This document shows positions 32,043-42,100 of a stretch of 64,000 nt of DNA, in pieces. A program made the translations under genes and the position numbers. Source of the DNA: Candidatus Omnitrophota bacterium (GTDB taxonomy: Bacteria; Omnitrophota; Gorgyraeia; Gorgyraeales; Gorgyraeaceae); contig JAUSEX010000037.1 of the NCBI GenBank assembly GCA_030649895.1, positions 3,815 through 67,814 on the forward strand. The letters run 5' to 3'. Below the pieces are notes generated by a model, which worked only from the letters and a program-made list of their open reading frames with translations, was not told the origin of the DNA and made no database searches. Every line of letters starts with the position of its first letter. The first letter of the stretch is position 1.

Positions 32043-33179
32043 ATGCATAGTCCTAGGCCTATTCTAAAGTTTATCTCTATTCTTATTGTTTTTATCTTTA
32101 ACTTTGAAAGTGTGGGACATTGCTTGCGGGTGCCGATGGTAATTAATGAAGATAGGTTTAGAAAAGCTGAAAGCGATGTTGCGGGGAAAACAATAAAAAT
32201 AAAATATCAAAGCATTAATGATGTTGTCTTGCAAGAGGTTAAAGAAGGCGAAGCAGGCTTTGAATTAGCAATGCAAGTTAGATATCATGCATATGATTCA
32301 ATGGGGAAAGTTGAAAATGATTTACGAGAACAGTTAATTAGAAATAACTGGTGGCTTAAAGCTATGTGGACACAAAAAGGATTGCCAAAGGAGCAGATTT
32401 CTATAACTATAAATGGACATATAATTGATGCTTACAATTGGAATAATGAAAGATTATCAGAAGAACAAATATCTCAGATAAGAGATGTCTTAAGTAAGTT
32501 TGCAATAATTGCAGGCGGGATTGCTTTGAAAAGAGTTCGCTATATTCTTATTGATAATCTAAGGGAGATAAATCCAAAATCTAGAGAAGAAATAAATGGT
32601 CGTGGAACGGGTCATGATCAGGTGATTTGGCTATATTTAAGAGCCATTCGTCCTATTTCTCACCGCGTGGAAGGAGCTACGAATCTTGAAGGAACATTGA
32701 TTCATGAACTGTCTCACAGTCTTACGTATATTATAGAGATTGATTGGGCAAAAAAATTTGGATGGAGACGCTTAGGAAGCCCTAATAAAATATTTCTAGA
32801 TGGCTCATATAGTATGTGGCAATTAGAAATTCCTGCACGCGCTGTAACTACGTATGCTGGAGAGTTTGATCCAGGGGAAGATATTTGTGAGAGCATGGTA
32901 GCTGCTCTGAAAAATCCAGAAATCTTAGACAGGGAACGCCTTGATTTTTTAAGAGGAAGTTTTTTGCAACCTTTAGATGAAAGAGATAACGAAATTCATA
33001 TTTCTGTAGAAAGATTTTATAAAAATAATATAGTATTACCTGCTGTTGCATCGCCGGTTAGATTTAAGAGGCATATATTAGAGCTTGAAGAAATTCCTGT
33101 TGAGTACCAGGTTGATGAGGAGTCCCTAGCTAGTTGGTTCCCATCTTTTCAGCCAAGAGTTATTGACAACGCTATTTAA
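32043..33179 (+). CDS. HExxH-motif putative zinc metallopeptidase with N-terminal signal/anchor
   Basis: ORF 31986(TTG)-33179. I prefer the ATG at 32043 (MHSPRPILKFISILIVFIFNF... signal-like) because the REP-like element at 32008-32040 lies just upstream, as for neighbouring genes. GGAGGAG at 31973-31979 would support the 31986 TTG instead. Single HELSH motif (GTLIHELSHSL). Confidence 0.55.
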   Translation: MHSPRPILKFISILIVFIFNFESVGHCLRVPMVINEDRFRKAESDVAGKTIKIKYQSINDVVLQEVKEGEAGFELAMQVRYHAYDSMGKVENDLREQLIRNNWWLKAMWTQKGLPKEQISITINGHIIDAYNWNNERLSEEQISQIRDVLSKFAIIAGGIALKRVRYILIDNLREINPKSREEINGRGTGHDQVIWLYLRAIRPISHRVEGATNLEGTLIHELSHSLTYIIEIDWAKKFGWRRLGSPNKIFLDGSYSMWQLEIPARAVTTYAGEFDPGEDICESMVAALKNPEILDRERLDFLRGSFLQPLDERDNEIHISVERFYKNNIVLPAVASPVRFKRHILELEEIPVEYQVDEESLASWFPSFQPRVIDNAI

Positions 33180-33190
33180 ATCTATGAGAC

Positions 33191-33220
33191 GGGGGACGTC
33201 CTATAAAGGGACACCCTATA
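33191..33220 (+). repeat. REP-like element copy (forward orientation) upstream of rayT
   Basis: gggggacgtcctataaagggacaccctata. Confidence 0.6.
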
Positions 33221-33305
33221 GTTAAAAAATAATTAATTTATTTGAAAGAATTCACCCTATTTATGTGTCTATATAGTAGATACATAAAAAAAGGAGGGTG
33301 GATTT

Positions 33306-33896
33306 ATGCCAAGGGCAAAAAGGCTTGTAAGCGATGATACAGTGTTTCATATTGTACAAAGAGGCAATAATAAACAAACTATTTTTAAGGAAGATGAAGA
33401 TTTTGAAAGATTCCTATCCATAATAAGAAAATATCTATCTAAGTTTAAGGTAGAAATTTACCATTATTGCCTTATGAGAAACCATATACACATTCTATTG
33501 AAGATATTTAAAAAAGAAACATTAGCAAAGATTATGCAGGGGATTTTTCAGTCCTATAGGTTTTACTATAAGCGTAAATATGGCTATATAGGCTATCTAT
33601 ATCAAGGTAGATACAAAAGCGAATTAATCCAAGATGATAGCTATTTATCAGAGTGTGGCCGTTACATAGAAAGAAACCCTGTAAGGGCTGGTATAGTAAA
33701 AAAACCTTATGAATATAGATGGTCAAGTTGTAAGCATTATACATCTGGCCAAAAGGATGATATGGTTACAGAAAACCCACTTTATGAAAGCTTTGGTAAG
33801 ACTATAGAGGCTAGGCGCTATAGTTACGAAGAATATGTTTCTACGGCAAGGCCGTATGAGGAAATGATTGACAGGCAATTTGGGATTTATATATAG
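33306..33896 (+). CDS. rayT: IS200-like Y1 (HUH) transposase of the REP-associated (RAYT/COG1943) type
   Basis: Strong AGGAGGG RBS 8 nt upstream. Family signature is MPRAKR...FHIVQRGNNKQTIF.DEDFERFL...YHYCLMRNHIHILL (HUH = H-I-H) ... YLYQGRYKSELIQDDSYLSECGRYIERNPVRAGIV...YRWSS. Flanked by inverted REP-like elements at 33191-33220 and 33891-33922. Confidence 0.8.
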   Translation: MPRAKRLVSDDTVFHIVQRGNNKQTIFKEDEDFERFLSIIRKYLSKFKVEIYHYCLMRNHIHILLKIFKKETLAKIMQGIFQSYRFYYKRKYGYIGYLYQGRYKSELIQDDSYLSECGRYIERNPVRAGIVKKPYEYRWSSCKHYTSGQKDDMVTENPLYESFGKTIEARRYSYEEYVSTARPYEEMIDRQFGIYI

Positions 33897-33951
33897 CAGG
33901 GTGTCCCTGAATAGGACGTCCCGGATGTCGCGCGGATGTCGCGGATGTCGG
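33891..33951 (-). repeat. REP-like element copy (reverse orientation) immediately 3' of rayT, followed by 3 tandem ggatgtcgc units
   Basis: atatagcagggtgtccctgaataggacgtccc then ggatgtcgcgc-ggatgtcgc-ggatgtcgg. Forms an imperfect 8-bp hairpin GGGTGTCC...GGACGTCC. Confidence 0.6.
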
Positions 33952-33964
33952 ATTAACAAAAAGT

Positions 33965-35863
33965 ATGTTAAATTTAAAAAAAACTTTAAGCATAAAAATA
34001 ACATCATTAATTGTAGTTTTAACATTATTTGTTACGAGCTTAGCGTATTGTATAGAGCTGCCTGAAAGAAGTTATCTTAGGGTTCCTCTTTTAGGTAATT
34101 CAGATGAAGGAAGAGATAGATTAGCGAGAATAGGGACGTCTTATTCAGGGACAAATCCCGGCCAAAATATTTTTATTGGCGAAGAAAAGAAAACATTTTT
34201 AAATGTTTTAGGAGGGGCAGGAAAATCAGCTGTAATATTGCTTGCGGGTATTACTCTGCTGATTCTTCCAGCGTTAGCTGCTTGCGTACCAGAATCCAAG
34301 CCGGCGGTATCAGCGCCAACTGCTCAACTAACAGCTCAAGCAATTATTCAGCCGACTCAGACACCGAGGGCAACAGGGGCGCCATTGACTCCTACTCAGG
34401 CGGCGACTGTGAACAATCAAATAGCGATAGTAAATTGGATTAACGCTAATGTAGCTACGAATACAGGGTTACCTTTGAGTTTTAGAGTGCCTAAGAATTT
34501 TGATTGGAATAAAACGTTAGACGCGGATCATCGAATTATATTAAAGGAAGGATTGGTGCTTTATGACGCCGGGCTTGCCATGATAGTCTGGGCGAATACT
34601 AAGAATATTGCGCAAACAGATAGATTAATTAATGTTCTATGGAAAGATTCTTTAGGAGAGTTTAAAACTTTGCGGGCGTATTATGATCCTGCTGATATTC
34701 CAGGGCACCCATTTATCTACAGGGACCCTCGAGGTAATGATATCAGTCCTTTTGAACCAGGTAAGCGTGGGTATATATTCAAGATAATTAATGCAGAAGG
34801 CCATTATAGGATTACTGATCCGCTTACCGGCAAGCAGGTAACTTGGCAGCAATGGCAGCCTATTAGCGGTGAGAATAGCTGGTTTGCTAATATAGGAACG
34901 ATGCATACGTATTATAGCAAATACGGCTTAACATATAATCCTAATTCATTGGAGCTTAAATTAGCGGAAGAGGTTGCGCGGGCAGCGCTTTTATTGCAGG
35001 CTGATGATATTGGCGGCATACGCATGGCGCCTATTGGCACCTCGTCAGAAGGTGAAACCGGTAAAGACCCTCTTAAATTTAGGTTATTTTATGATGAAAT
35101 TTCCACAGAGAATAATCTTTCGGGTTATGCAGGATTGCGGATGCTTGCGCAAGTTACCGGAAAAGCAGAATATAAAAAGGCTATGTCAGGCATTGAAGCG
35201 TATTTTAAATGGGCATATGTGCCTGAGCTTGGTATTTTTGCTCAGGGCGCTCATTTTTATCCGGATAAAGGCTGGGTAAAAAATACCCTATTTGCTACGG
35301 ATGTCCAGACATGGGCAATTGATGCATTGGGACCTGATGTTATAGATGCTTGGTTTGGAGAAGGGACTGCTTACAGGATGTGGCAAAAAACAAAAGAATT
35401 AGCGGGCGTCCGCGATAGCAGCGGCAGGCTTATTGGCCTTGATTTTGCTGATTATCGCGCGATCGGGCGCCAACCTTTGAATAGCGGAGAATGGACAGGA
35501 GGGGGGATTACTGGCGTACTGGAGGCAGCAAAATTTTACGCCGTGTCTCATCCTGATTGGGCAGATGAGTTACAAAAAGATGCAGAAGCTATGCGCCTAG
35601 GCATGGAGAGCTTAAGGCTGTCAGAAGGAGACAAAACAGGGTATTCCTATTTTTCATGCGTGGTAACGCCTCGTGAATGTCCTGCAAATTACGGCTGGTA
35701 TTCTCCGCCGGAGGTGGGAAGTTTGGCGTCCACTGCATGGGCGTATTTTGTGGATACAGGATTTAATCCTTTTTTCTTTGGTGGAAAATCACCCGTGGAT
35801 CAAAAGAAGAAAACCAGCATGGCTGCGCCATTTCGCGTTACTGATATCCGAGGCGCTATTTAG
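33965..35863 (+). CDS. secreted/signal-anchored hypothetical protein (possible alpha-helical glycosidase-like fold, unassigned)
   Basis: ATG with N-terminal MLNLKKTLSIKITSLIVVLTLFVTSLAYC leader shared with the next gene. Pro/Thr/Ala-rich linker, then a W/Y-rich globular region. No family confidently recognised. Confidence 0.7.
   Translation: MLNLKKTLSIKITSLIVVLTLFVTSLAYCIELPERSYLRVPLLGNSDEGRDRLARIGTSYSGTNPGQNIFIGEEKKTFLNVLGGAGKSAVILLAGITLLILPALAACVPESKPAVSAPTAQLTAQAIIQPTQTPRATGAPLTPTQAATVNNQIAIVNWINANVATNTGLPLSFRVPKNFDWNKTLDADHRIILKEGLVLYDAGLAMIVWANTKNIAQTDRLINVLWKDSLGEFKTLRAYYDPADIPGHPFIYRDPRGNDISPFEPGKRGYIFKIINAEGHYRITDPLTGKQVTWQQWQPISGENSWFANIGTMHTYYSKYGLTYNPNSLELKLAEEVARAALLLQADDIGGIRMAPIGTSSEGETGKDPLKFRLFYDEISTENNLSGYAGLRMLAQVTGKAEYKKAMSGIEAYFKWAYVPELGIFAQGAHFYPDKGWVKNTLFATDVQTWAIDALGPDVIDAWFGEGTAYRMWQKTKELAGVRDSSGRLIGLDFADYRAIGRQPLNSGEWTGGGITGVLEAAKFYAVSHPDWADELQKDAEAMRLGMESLRLSEGDKTGYSYFSCVVTPRECPANYGWYSPPEVGSLASTAWAYFVDTGFNPFFFGGKSPVDQKKKTSMAAPFRVTDIRGAI
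33991..34128 (+). repeat. leader module A copy 1 (~138 nt; 5' coding region incl. signal peptide), ~90% identical to 35895-36032
   Basis: cataaaaataacatcattaattgtagttttaacattatttgttacRagcttagcgtattgtatagagctgcctgaaagaagttatct... shared. Confidence 0.8.
34130..34153 (+). repeat. REP-like element copy inside the 5' coding region of CDS 33965-35863
   Basis: atagggacgtcttattcagggaca equals the reverse complement of the 33899-33922 core with one mismatch. Confidence 0.5.
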
Positions 35864-35886
35864 AGTTAGAATAAGGGCGTTTTATT

Positions 35887-38800
35887 ATGTTAACTATAAA
35901 AATAACATCATTAATTGTAGTTTTAACATTATTTGTTACAAGCTTAGCGTATTGTATAGAGCTGCCTGAAAGAAGTTATCTCAGGACCCCTCTTTTAGGG
36001 AATTCAGATAAAGGGAGAGTCAGGTTAGCGGATGGATTGGGGCTAATGCCTTTGAACAGCAGGGTTATTGTGGGCATGCATGAAGGCGAATTGAATCTTT
36101 ATATCGAGGGCGTTGTCTCTGAGCAGGTAAAGCAGGATTTAAGAACTCTCTTGAATGCAAATCCGTATATTATAACGTATTCAATTAAAAGCATCTTTGA
36201 TGCCGACTCATTGGAATTCGAACCCTCTGAAATAACGGGTTTAAAATTAAAGAAGATCGGAGAAGGTATATATAAACGGGTTTTTTTGATAGAGGGAATC
36301 ATAACTCGCGACGGCCGTATTTTTCATAATTATCCTTTTGTCATGAAGATAACCAAGGGAGTGGATTTTGGCGATGTCCATTTGACAGAGGCGCATATAG
36401 GAGAAACTGCAAAGGCTGCGAATGAGTTAGCGCATAGCGATCCGCCGCTTCATCCAAGATTAGGAGGAGATTGGTTTTTTAATTTTGAGAATAGGAAATT
36501 TTGGGTCTTAACCGAAGGGTATGTCAGAGGCGTCAATTCAAAGATAAAAAGCGAAAGAATCGTAGAGGATGCTATATTGGGCAATGGTGATCCTGCTGCA
36601 AGAGATAAAATATTTTTAGAAACCGAAGAGAACGCTTTTTATGCGTATATTAAGGCGTGGAAGATATGGCGGGGACAGGAGCCGGTTGATACTGAAACGC
36701 TTTCTAGATTTATTGCTGACCCAAATCTGGAAAATATCGTAGATAAAATGCTGGTAGATCTGGATCTTTTATCCAGCAGCGCTAATGCCGGCTATCTCGT
36801 AAAAATTCTCTCGGAATGGTCAGACCTGGCTGACCGAGATAAAGGCCGTGTTATCTCGCGGGCTGCTCTCCGGGCCATTGGCAGAGAAGAAGGTATGAAG
36901 TTTTTAGCCGCAGCGAAGGATCAGATCGAAAATGGCATAAGCTATAAATATATCGCAAAGGCAATAGGTAATTTTTTGGAAGAGCAGTCTAAAGCGTTTT
37001 TGGCTTATTTTTATATTTTTAACGGCGAATTTAAAAAATTTATCAGGGTAAACCCAGTAATATTTAGAGGCATAGTAATGGATTTACAAAAAAATGAGCC
37101 GCTGAGAAAAGAACAGGAGGAAGGGATTGAAAAATTTTCCAAAGCTATGGATGAAATTTTTGAGCTAAGGGAGCTATATCTCATGGAAGAAGAGTATCCT
37201 AGCATTTGCGATTCTTATGCCGCAAGAGTAACGCAGATATTAAGGGATCATGGCATTGACGCGTCGCATGAAGTTTGTCGATGGCCAGAGCTGCAGATTC
37301 TCATGAGAGCCCCAAGCTATAATCCCGAGCATTATTTTGTTTTATCAAGAATCGCAGGATATGAATTTATCATTGATATTACAGCTGATCAGTTTGAAGT
37401 AAAAGATCTGTATGGAAATCCGCAGCAGTTAGGGTTGGTAGTGATACCCCTGGAAGTCGTCAGAAATAATCCGGATAAATTCTGGATGTACAATGGAAGA
37501 TTGTCTGCTTCTTTTGTTAATGTGCCGCTGGAGGAAAGATTGGATGCAGTTGAGATGCTATCCAGCGTGTTAAGGATATATGATGATGCAAAAAAAAGAA
37601 GCCTATCTTTAATCTTATGGCCTCAAACAGGAGAAAGCGTTTGGACGCGAGATCAGGCCAGGGTTAGAGTAGAAACGTTGCTGTTAGATATGAACGGTGA
37701 GGATGTAAACATAGCGAGGCGAGCGAGACATGAATTGGCGGCATCGAGGCAAAGAGCTGTTGAACCGTTATTAGATATTTTGAAAGAAACGGATGACTGG
37801 GAGCTAATGGAGAAGATTTATAAGGCTTTATTGATCGCCTGTGATCTTGTCAGCATCAGAAAGCTTCAGGATTTATATTTTAAACTGGAAGACGAATGGA
37901 AAAAAAATTGGATTCGTATCGCTTTAGAAAAGTTGATGCAATTAGATAGTTTTATTATGACCTATTCGCCAAAAGAAGGTAATGCGATCGAAAAAACTAC
38001 TTTTAAGAATAGGCTTGAAAAAGCGGAAGAATATATTTTAGGTTTAATCAGGGCTGACCCCGGAAGGATTAAGGTGATATTGGACTGCTGCGCTTCAGAT
38101 AGCAGCACTACCCTGGATATCGCAAAAAAAACCCATGGCGAAGATGAGGGCATAAAGATTATTGGAATGGATATCAATGAGATTCTTTATGTGGTCAGTG
38201 ACGCAGGAGGCAATGTGGCTGTATTTGATTCGCTGGATAACCTGGTTAGGTTAGATACGAAAGATGGATATTGGATAAGAAATTCCGAGGGTTGGGTTAA
38301 AGACGGCTATCATTTAGTTGAAGACGGGCCGGATAAAGAGGCTGTATCCTTATATGGAAGATTAAAGGAAACCTTACAGGCGCATCTGAGAAGAAAAATT
38401 GATATTTCAAAAAATGGCGTAGAACCTGATGCGTATAGCGATGGCCAGGGCAATAGAATAGAAGCTATATATCTTGTTAACCCTGAAGCTATAGAATGGG
38501 CAATGAGCCATAATTTAGAATTTATGCAGGGAGATTTTTTTAATTTAACAAATACCGTTGCGCAAAAAAGCGTAGATATAGCTATTGTCGGCAATGTTTT
38601 GGGGGAATATTATGAATATTATAGCCAAGATTCTACTTATGAGGCGCTAAAAGAAATAGGCCTTACGCTGAAAGAGGGCGGGAGGCTTATTATAGGAAAC
38701 AATCCTTCAAGAGTGATGACGGTAGATTTTCAGTTTCTTGTCTATGAACGCAAAGGCGATAATCTGGTATTAGTAGATATTGTTGGGCAGCCGCATATAT

Positions 38801-38895
38801 GGAAAGGTGAAGAAATAAAACAGATCGCTCTTAAATCGATTGAAAAAAGAGCGATTTCTATGCCTTTTTATTCTAATACCAGAGATCAGTTGTAG
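35887..38895 (+). CDS. secreted/signal-anchored multi-domain protein: transglutaminase-like Cys-protease-like core + C-terminal class I SAM-MTase-fold module
   Basis: N-terminal 30 aa almost identical to the previous gene. SICDSYAARVTQILRDHGIDA...HYFVL...IIDITADQ resembles the transglutaminase-like Cys-His-Asp core. The C-terminus has the MTase-fold motif order (ILDCCASDSS / IIGMDIN / VDIAIVGNVL / LKEGGRLIIG), with a degenerate motif I. Confidence 0.7.
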   Translation: MLTIKITSLIVVLTLFVTSLAYCIELPERSYLRTPLLGNSDKGRVRLADGLGLMPLNSRVIVGMHEGELNLYIEGVVSEQVKQDLRTLLNANPYIITYSIKSIFDADSLEFEPSEITGLKLKKIGEGIYKRVFLIEGIITRDGRIFHNYPFVMKITKGVDFGDVHLTEAHIGETAKAANELAHSDPPLHPRLGGDWFFNFENRKFWVLTEGYVRGVNSKIKSERIVEDAILGNGDPAARDKIFLETEENAFYAYIKAWKIWRGQEPVDTETLSRFIADPNLENIVDKMLVDLDLLSSSANAGYLVKILSEWSDLADRDKGRVISRAALRAIGREEGMKFLAAAKDQIENGISYKYIAKAIGNFLEEQSKAFLAYFYIFNGEFKKFIRVNPVIFRGIVMDLQKNEPLRKEQEEGIEKFSKAMDEIFELRELYLMEEEYPSICDSYAARVTQILRDHGIDASHEVCRWPELQILMRAPSYNPEHYFVLSRIAGYEFIIDITADQFEVKDLYGNPQQLGLVVIPLEVVRNNPDKFWMYNGRLSASFVNVPLEERLDAVEMLSSVLRIYDDAKKRSLSLILWPQTGESVWTRDQARVRVETLLLDMNGEDVNIARRARHELAASRQRAVEPLLDILKETDDWELMEKIYKALLIACDLVSIRKLQDLYFKLEDEWKKNWIRIALEKLMQLDSFIMTYSPKEGNAIEKTTFKNRLEKAEEYILGLIRADPGRIKVILDCCASDSSTTLDIAKKTHGEDEGIKIIGMDINEILYVVSDAGGNVAVFDSLDNLVRLDTKDGYWIRNSEGWVKDGYHLVEDGPDKEAVSLYGRLKETLQAHLRRKIDISKNGVEPDAYSDGQGNRIEAIYLVNPEAIEWAMSHNLEFMQGDFFNLTNTVAQKSVDIAIVGNVLGEYYEYYSQDSTYEALKEIGLTLKEGGRLIIGNNPSRVMTVDFQFLVYERKGDNLVLVDIVGQPHIWKGEEIKQIALKSIEKRAISMPFYSNTRDQL
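35895..36032 (+). repeat. leader module A copy 2
   Basis: see 33991-34128. Confidence 0.8.
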
Positions 38896-38896
38896 A

Positions 38897-38960
38897 GAGT
38901 TGTAGGGGGACGTTCTATTTGGAGTTGTAGGGGGACGTTCTATTTGGGGACACCCTATAC
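38897..38960 (+). repeat. two tandem 25-nt REP-like copies (AGTTGTAGGGGGACGTTCTATTTGG x2) + GGACACCCTATAC, overlapping stop codon of upstream gene; AGTTGTAG occurs 3 times
   Basis: Read directly at 38888-38960. Confidence 0.65.
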
Positions 38961-39125
38961 AAAGACAGGCTTTATGTTGAATATTAAAAAAATATTATTA
39001 ATCAGGGTAATAAGCTTATTACTTTCAATAAGCGTCGCGCTTCCAGACGCTGCCTATTCTCTATCTGAAAGCCTAAGAGTTCCATTAAATACCCCGGAAC
39101 TTAAAGAGCGGCAGGAAGAAGTTCA
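38923..39125 (+). repeat. leader module B copy 1 (REP-like motif + RBS + signal-peptide coding + LR[VA]PLNT.ELKERQEE), ~90% identical to 42680-42885
   Basis: ...tttatgttgaatattaaaaaaatattattaatcagggYaataagcttattRctttcaataagcgtcgcgcttccagRcgctgcctattctct... shared. Confidence 0.8.
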
Positions 39126-42100
39126 ACGATTTCTAACGCAGGACAAGGCAACTTCCACGCTTTTATCTCCTACGGTTTTAGTTACTGGTGGAGCAGGGTA
39201 TATTGGAAATTTTGTTGTCAGGCAGCTTCGCAGCAAAGGTTACAATGTGATTATTTATGACAGGGCTACTCGCCCGGAACTTGCATTGGAAAAGCTTAAA
39301 TATATACAAGGGGACTTGGGTGATCGCAAGCGTTTGGATGAAGTTTTTAAGGCGGAGCATGTTAATGCAGTTATCCATTTGGCTGCTTTAATTCAAGTGC
39401 CGGAATCAGTCAGGCGGCCAGCGGCTTACTATGAAAATAACTTTATTAATACGCTCGCTCTTCTAGATACTATGGCAAAGCATAGGGTAAGAAGTATTGT
39501 GTTTTCATCATCTGCCGCAGTGTATGGCGAGGGCTCTGAAGAGCTGCTGACAGAACAAACCAATGTTAATCCGGCTAATCCTTATGGTGAAACAAAATGG
39601 CTTATGGAAGAAGCTATGCGGGCCTATGAAAAACGTTATGGTATTCATTCAGTGGCGTTACGCTATTTTAATGCAGCCGGGGCAGCAATGGATGGCTCGG
39701 TTGGCGAAGCCCATCAGCCTGAAACGCATATTATTCCGAGTTTATTGGAGAAGGCGGTTAAAAAAAGAGAGAAGCTGCCTATCCGCAGAGGTTATCCTAC
39801 GCCGGACGGTACAGCGATCCGGGACTTTGTCCATGTGGAAGATTTAGCGCGAGCACATACCCTTGCATTAGACTACATAGTTCGCGAACAGCATAGCGAT
39901 ATTTTTAATCTTGGTACCGGGTCTGGGACATCAGTGCGGGAGATAGTAGAAAGCATTGAAAGGCTGACCGGGGAAGATGTCCCAATAGAGCTTTCTGCTC
40001 CGCGATCAGGAGGCGTAGCGCGGCTTGTAGCTAGTTTTACAAAGGCGCAGGCGCGTTTGGGCTGGATGCCTATATTAGGTATTGAGCAGATTCTTGAGTC
40101 TGCATTGAAATGGCATAGCAACAGGCCTATCATGACTCAGCAGCAAGGCGAAAATATTTTTATGGGCAGCCATGGCGAAGCTCAGGCATTTGAGCGCGTA
40201 ATATCACAGCTTAGGTCTAATTTTGTAATTGGTGATTCATTGCGCGAAGAAGTCATGGTTCGTCTTGCAAAAAGGATGCAGGTATTACTTAAAGAAGCGG
40301 ATCAGGCTGACGCAGAAGAGATATTGCGCGTTATATTTGCAAGTAACACGTGGCTGGTTAGCAGAGAAAAGCGCATTGTCAATGACCAGGAGTTAATGGC
40401 GCTGCTTGCAAAAAGCCTGGCTATTTCGCTGCGGCGCGAAGACGCAAAAGAAATTGCAGAATTCCTTAACGCGCTTCTGAACCATTATCCTGAAAATTTA
40501 CTGCCTGAAGCTAAGCGATTAATTCATTCATATTTAGTTGTCTATAATATCGATAGGCCATTGAAGATAGCTACTGTTGTTTCCCGCTATGGAGGCCAGA
40601 TCAGAATATTAAGGCCGGAAAATCATCCTCTTGGGGAGAATAATCTGCGGTTGAAACTAGAGCAGCTGGAAGAGCTTTACGGTATAAATACTAATGTTTA
40701 CTGGGAGTTGATTTTAGTTCAGGATGGGGACGATAGGAAGCCTGAAGATCCACTCAGGCGCCTGCGCACTATTGATATGGATAGGGATATTGTATTGGTT
40801 GAGCATCCTGATTACTTTGCTTCAGGAAGAGTGAGGCTTTATGAGCTGGATCAACAAGAGAAGCTGCGTTTAGGCAGCGTGCGTACCGGGGCTACTACTT
40901 ATGGCGCCCGCCAAGCCATAAGAAATGGCGCTGATTTTGTAGTTATTACAGATGGCGATGTATCAGCCCATATTGGACAGGAAGGACTTTTGCTTGAGCC
41001 TCAATTGAAAGGTGAAAAAATAGTTGCTGTTGGGTCACGCAGCGCTAGCGGTTCAATAGTGCGCGGCCGCAAACTTATCCGTCGTATTATAAGCCCGGGG
41101 TTTAATATTTTTTCCCGCTTGTTTTTGTCTTTGGGGCCTATCCGTGATACTCAATGTGGTTTTAAAGCTTACAGCCGTCAAGTGTTAGAAGATATTTTAC
41201 CTGTAAATAAGGATAATAGATTTGATATCGAATTTGCCTATAATTTTTCTGGCGAAGTAAATCTCCTTTGGAGGGCCAGGCTTTCCGGATATCAATTAAA
41301 AGAAATACCTATTGCCTGGTTTGATACTCCTACAACTACAGTAAAGCGCAGCGATATTATAAATATGGCCAAAGGCGTTTTAAGGCAAAGAGCTTATTTG
41401 GACAAATGGAAAAAAAGAACACCATCTGGCCAGGAGACAGAGACTATTTCTCTTCCAGGCAGCACAAAGGCGTGGGACCTTCAGTATAGAATAATGCCTA
41501 TAGAAGAAAAAATCAAAGTAGCCATGTCTAAATATGATTTAGGCGTTGCTTCTTTTGAAGATATCCGTTACGAAGAACTAAGGGGTGGAGTTCCTAACAG
41601 GCTTCCATTGAGACTGGAAACTCCTTTGGGAAATTTTGCCTTAAAACAGATTGCGCTTACATTGGAAGAGGCAAGATTTTGCGTTTCAGTGCTTCGCAGG
41701 CTTCAAAAAGAAAAGTTGCCTATCCCGGCATTAGTAAAGACTAAAGATTTTCCTGACGAGAAAACAGACAGCTATTTTATAAAAATAGGCACTTATTTTT
41801 ATATCTTGGAAGAATTTAAGGAGGGCCGATATGTTGATCGCTTACAGGCTGAGCCAGCCCATTTTTATAGCATAGGAAAGATAATGGCGGATATCCATCA
41901 TATTCTTGCTGGCTTTACACCGGAGGGGCAGAAAACAGCTGCTCCTGTAATAGATATCTTACGGCATAGGCGCGAGTTTCAGCAGCTAAGGGGAAGATTA
42001 AGAAACAGGGAAACTTTACAATTAAAAGCAGGAGAAATTTTATTTTTATATTTATATGAAGAAATTATGCAGCAGTTCGATATTTTAGAGAATAATCTTT

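Noticed and set aside
33923-33951. Possible CRISPR array (ggatgtcgc x3)
   Set aside because: Units are only 9-11 nt with no spacers. This is a microsatellite-like tandem repeat, not a CRISPR array.
33868-34065. 65-aa + ORF and its twin at 35673-35969, both ending NNIINCSFNIICY.LSVLYRAA
   Set aside because: They are the alternative-frame translation of the duplicated leader module A and overlap the real genes. Their similarity merely reflects the nucleotide repeat.
38944-38973. ORF-track TTG start at 38944 for the GalE-GT2-kinase gene
   Set aside because: It lies inside the tandem REP-like repeat. The ATG at 38974 begins the conserved signal peptide.
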